Of a DNA stretch of 64,000 nt, positions 59,401 to 64,000 are shown piece by piece. The DNA comes from Lama glama (Eukaryota): positions 30,816,001-30,880,000 of the forward strand of contig CM052818.1 in NCBI GenBank assembly GCA_028534125.1. The letters are read 5' to 3'. The notes below the pieces were generated by a model. That model made no database searches, was not told the DNA's origin, and saw only the letters and a list, made by a program, of their open reading frames with translations. The translations under genes were made by a program, and so were the position numbers. The stretch's first letter is position 1. Each line of letters opens with the position of its first letter.

Positions 59401-62400
59401 CTTCCTGAGATCCTCCTAGGTGGATAAAATGCCTTCAGTAGAGTGGATAGGATCAGTTAGCCATTAACTGATATGGGCAACACAATTATTTCCTATTTAA
59501 AGCTAGCTCAATTTGTCTATATTATCTCTACTTGGAATTAATGTCTTGAGTATCATCCACTCAGAATAGTGCCCCACAGGAACATCCAGACTACCCCAAA
59601 CTCAGTGCACACACAAAAGAACTTGAATGGCAAAGACCATTTAGTCACTTAAGAAACTCAATCTTCCTTTTAGCAACATCATTGGAAGTCCTCCTGTCCA
59701 TTAGAGTGGCCATCTAATTTACTGTATAAAAATAAGAATTTCTTGAAAGTGAAAGGGGGCACTATTAATACTTATGCCAGGAATAGGAAGCCAGGACTGA
59801 CCTAAGCAAACTGGGAGGTGTGGTTGCCCTGCTCAGTGTGCTACATCCACCAATGACTTGATTACTTCTAAATTGACCATTGGCTGCAGCAGGTTGTCCT
59901 GGGAACCAGGTTTGTCTCATTTCCCCCCTTGGCGTGTGTTTGGCTCTTCTCACTGTTGAAATTCCTGCCAGATTGGAGAGGACCCTCCATGGTTCTGTTC
60001 CTTCCAGAATTTGAGCTCTCTTTCTCCCTTCTACCTTTCACTGATGCCTCTAAACTTAAGCCGACCAAGAAGGACTCTTTTTGACTGTCGGAGATGATGC
60101 AGGTGGCTATCAGACATGGCTGTCTGAAATCTGGGTTCTGGGGAATAAATGATCTCTGTCTTTGGATCCCTTCAATCCTTCTTCTGTTTGTGCTCTTCTC
60201 TTTCAGAGGCCCTGCTAGGTAATTCAGCTTAAAGAATTTTCCTCTACATTTCTTTAAGCTAATTGGGTCACCCCTTCATGCTGCTGGAACTTGACATTTT
60301 CCATGGGGGGCAGGGTGGTCCATGGCTCAGGTCACTGCAGGACACCACCACTGAAGATCAAACCACTTTCACAATCAGCACAGGCGTATCACTGCAGCAA
60401 TAGTGAGTTTTACATTTGGCATTTGGGTGAGGAACAAAGAAAGTTTGGGGGCATTTCAAATAATGACAGGAAGAAGCAGGCTTTTGAAATGCAAAGATAT
60501 AAATCCCTTTCCAGGAAGCAAATTATTCAGTGATACATAAGAAAAAAAAAAAGGCAGGGGGAGGGGTTGAGGGTAGTAGAATGGTGAAAGGAGGTGTTTA
60601 ATGGATAGAGGAAGATCCAGAAAGGTGATTCTCAGATCGCTTAGATAAAGCCACCCATCTACTCGGCAAAGATAAGAGGAAAAGCCGGCTGGCTTTATTC
60701 TTTTGACACAGATGTACCAATGTGGCAGAGAGGGGAGGTAAGAAGGTTGGTAATGGCTCATTCTCATTTACCACACAGCCTAAACTGTTCTATCACTCAC
60801 CTTCTAAAAAGGCCTCGCAGGAGACTCGGGACAGGCAGTTTGACAGAATCTACAGTGGCAAGGAAAAAGGAGAGGCGCACAGAGGAAAAGGGAGCTGATG
60901 TATTATTTACAGGTGGAGTGCTCGAACAAAGCAGGCCGCGGGAATGGGCCCAAAGACTTGCGTCTGTACGACTGTGGAATAAAGACAGACATCTTTGAAT
61001 TCTTGCTGCTGCTCCTTTGGCTGCCAGGGGCCCCTGCCATTGCTGGGCCAGCGTGTGTGTGTCTCATCTCTGCCCCGCTACCAGTTACCCTTCCCTACGG
61101 CCGGGAGTGGCAAAGACCTCCCCAGAAAGCTGTCGGACCTCTGTGGGTGAAATCTCATTAGGCTGGGCACAGAGGGCATCTCGCTGGTGGTGGCAGGTCT
61201 GATCAGCACGCGGATGGAAGACACACACACGCACACACATCCTGACTGAAGTCACGCAGTGGGCAGAGAGGAGGGATGCGGGACTTGGATCCAAAAGGAA
61301 CAAAAGGCGGCAGCCTCTGCAGAGAGCTGAGCGAGAGTGACAGGAGGACGGCTGAAGGCAACCAGAAGCAAAGTGTGAAAGCCCACAGCACAAGCTGCCG
61401 GGGAGCATATGCACTGGACTTCACAGCTTCCTTCCGTTTCCAGCTTACATTTGCTCCATATGCTGCTTTACACAGCTTTCTGGGGCCATAATGGGTTTTA
61501 TTCCATAGTTTTTATACTAACACGAATGACTCACATCTGCTCCAATACCCAATTCGCTCTCTAATGTCTTCGGCTGCTAGGGAAGAACAGCTTACATGGA
61601 ACTTGCCAATAACAAGAGTGTCACACACACACAAAAAATCCTAATTCAGGGACCAGAGGGAGGATGGTTTCAATGCTATACGTGTGAGCTGGGAGGGTCT
61701 TTGAGAGGGCATGATGGGGAAACAGACCCAAAGAAATGAAGGACTTGCTTAAGGCTATCAAGACCACAGGTAGATCCATTTTCGGGCACCAGGATGGTCC
61801 TAACTCAGAATGTACTTCTTTTCCTCATTTTTCTGCCATGTTAAATCTTCTGCTAGGAGCTTTTCCTCCCCATACAGGCTGTGATGAGAAAAGGAGTACC
61901 TTGGATTAATCACCGATCATAGCTAATCCCCCACTGGGATCAACTGTGCTCTGCATTACTTAAGCTGGTTATTAAAGTTTTAAATATCTGCCGGAGCACA
62001 GGGGACCCCTGGATAGGCTGAAAGAGACTTACAGGGCCGGGCCCTGCGTGGAGACTCACCTGGCTTCCAGATGTTTGAAGTCCCGTCTGAAATCATTTTC
62101 AGTCCTTATGACACTGGCTCAACAACCCAGATTAATACGCCTATTGGCTGGATGAGGTAATGACCTTCGGTGAAACCAGACTCCTTTGACAGTTTTCGTT
62201 GGCCCAGGGAATCTTCTCCACTTGAGAAAATAATGATTCAAGAAGCAAGCTCCTTGAAAGGCAAGCCCTGCTCTCCTAGGCATTGCAGGCCCTGCATAGG
62301 GCTGCCATGGGAGACCCAGGACCTTGGTTTCCCCAGATGCCAAACAGCACAAAGCACCTTACACCCTCAGCAGCAGGCAGTGTGGGGTTGCACCATCTCT

Positions 62401-63869
62401 AAAGCTTGGCGGTGGTGTTGTGTAACCGTCTGCCATCTGTTACTCAGAAGCAGCATCACAAAGCACTGAGCAGTGGACTACGGTGCTGCAGCTCCTGCCT
62501 GGAGCTGACGGCATCTCAGCGGCTTGCCTGGGGGTCCCCTGCAGTCTGCCGCAGAATATTTTGCAGGCCTCAGCCTGCAGGTCTGGGGTGAGGCTCCTGG
62601 AAGGGATCCAGGAAGCTCAAGATGCTGCAGGGAGGGGTTCTCTTGCTGCTGTTCCACCCCCATCCCTCCCATGACTGTGATCTACCTGGACCTTTGCCCA
62701 GGCAAAGTGGTGGCTGGGGAGTCTACTCCGACCTTTCAGCATAAAGAATTCTAATAAAGGCAAATCCTGGACCATCCTCAGGGTTCTGCATGAGGTCTGA
62801 GAGCTCAGCGGAATCTTGAGATGGGCTGGCAAGAATGCCCAGCTTTTCTGGGCTGTTTGATTTCCATCATTGTTTCCAACCAAAAACTTCTTATCTACAG
62901 CCTGGCCAGGAACTCTGTGAGGCTGTGAGAAAGGACTGCCCTCGGGCTGAAAGACAGGGTACCGAACCTTTCAGCAGATTCCCCCATTTCTGCTCCACTT
63001 TTTGTCTGCTCCATCTTACTGGAAAGTGAATTCTAGAGCCCTGCTTTACACCTGCCATACCTCCCTCTGGGATGAGGGCTTCCCCTATGCTAAGCTCTTT
63101 GAGGGAGGCAGGGGAGTGATGTCTTCAGTAGTAGAAGCATCACTTTCACCTCTGCAAACAACTTGATGAGATAAGCGTCCCTCCAGCTCAGGCTACACAC
63201 ATAAGATAGCACTGTTCCCCAGGGAGAGCGAGGTTTTATCTTCCCCTTTTTGAGGGATCAGATGATCAGGTAACACCAGCACCTTGCGTTTAGTTTTCAC
63301 AACTCTTCATTCACTTAGAGGAGGTAGTATCATCCCCATTTTACAGATGAGGAATCTAAGGCTCAAGGAAAGTACTTGCCCAAGATTCCCACTGCTATTG
63401 TGGCTGACCCAGGCCAAGAACCCCTAATCCAGTGATAGCACATTTATTCCAGCCTAGCTGAGGCCTACATGGGAATCCCGTTCAGACTTTGCTCTGCCCC
63501 TCGACCTGAGTGGTTTTAATTTGCAAGAGGAAGGAGGACGCATTTCCAAAAGGCATTTGGGGAAGGGAGCTTTTGAAAGCCCTCTGTACCCAGTTCCCTC
63601 CTGCCCAAAATCACTTTCCAAGAACCCCATGTGGTCGACCCAACTTTGGACCCCCCCTTTCCTGGCACAGAGTTCTGATCCTTATAGGGAGACAGACTCT
63701 TAAGGGAGATAATTGCACCTTAATTTTTTCAAAGGATTACGTTAAAGTTAAATTTAGACCAACTCAGCGTTCCATTAAGCAGAAAAGTTGCCAGGCACCT
63801 GCAGGCAGGCAGAGAGAAACACTCTGGGGAGTTGGCCGAACTCAGCCTTGGCCCTGAAGGGCCACGAAG

Positions 63870-64000
63870 GTGACTCGAGGGTGGGGTAGCTGCCCCGCCA
63901 GCGTCCCGAGGTCCCAGCGCCGGCTCCGGTACGGAAGGTGCTCTGAGGGCGGGAGCACGCTGTGAACGCCACGTGCAGCCCCCGGCGGAGAGCGGGAAAC
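63870..64000. promoter_or_regulatory. Edge of a CpG island, possibly the promoter region of the next gene (GALNT14 by synteny)
   Basis: Sharp rise in GC and CpG in the last ~130 nt; gene identity is inferred only from the human gene order CAPN14-GALNT14. Confidence 0.55.

Noticed and set aside
1..64000. CRISPR arrays, operons, rRNA or other prokaryote-type systems
   Set aside because: No regularly spaced repeat-spacer structure or dense ORFs; the sequence is intron-containing mammalian DNA and most ORF-track entries are chance frames

Overview
Mammalian genomic DNA, most likely camelid (inferred from two tRNA-derived SINEs resembling the camelid vic-1 family and from artiodactyl-type L1 and Tigger repeats). 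The first half holds an intact calpain-14 gene (CAPN14) on the + strand. I resolved 21 coding exons from ATG 4638 to TGA 30850: 2064 nt, 687 aa, with consistent phases and the Cys/His/Asn catalytic triad present. A ~1.35 kb 3' UTR follows; the non-coding first exon was not located. Notable splicing features are a U12-type (minor spliceosome) GT-AG intron at 25297-26621 that splits an EF-hand loop, a 9-nt microexon, a NAGNAG acceptor, and a consensus cryptic donor inside the exon after the U12 intron. From about 32.2 kb to 64 kb the window is repeat-rich intergenic DNA. It contains a CpG-rich solo LTR with a perfect 5-bp target-site duplication, a twin-primed inverted L1, a perfect 68-bp tandem duplication and several candidate regulatory motifs. 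It ends at the edge of a CpG island, plausibly the GALNT14 promoter by synteny. I found no convincing new multi-gene system. The most speculative lead is a decayed ion-channel-like reading frame in the last CAPN14 intron. Repeat family names and human comparisons are from memory, not database searches.
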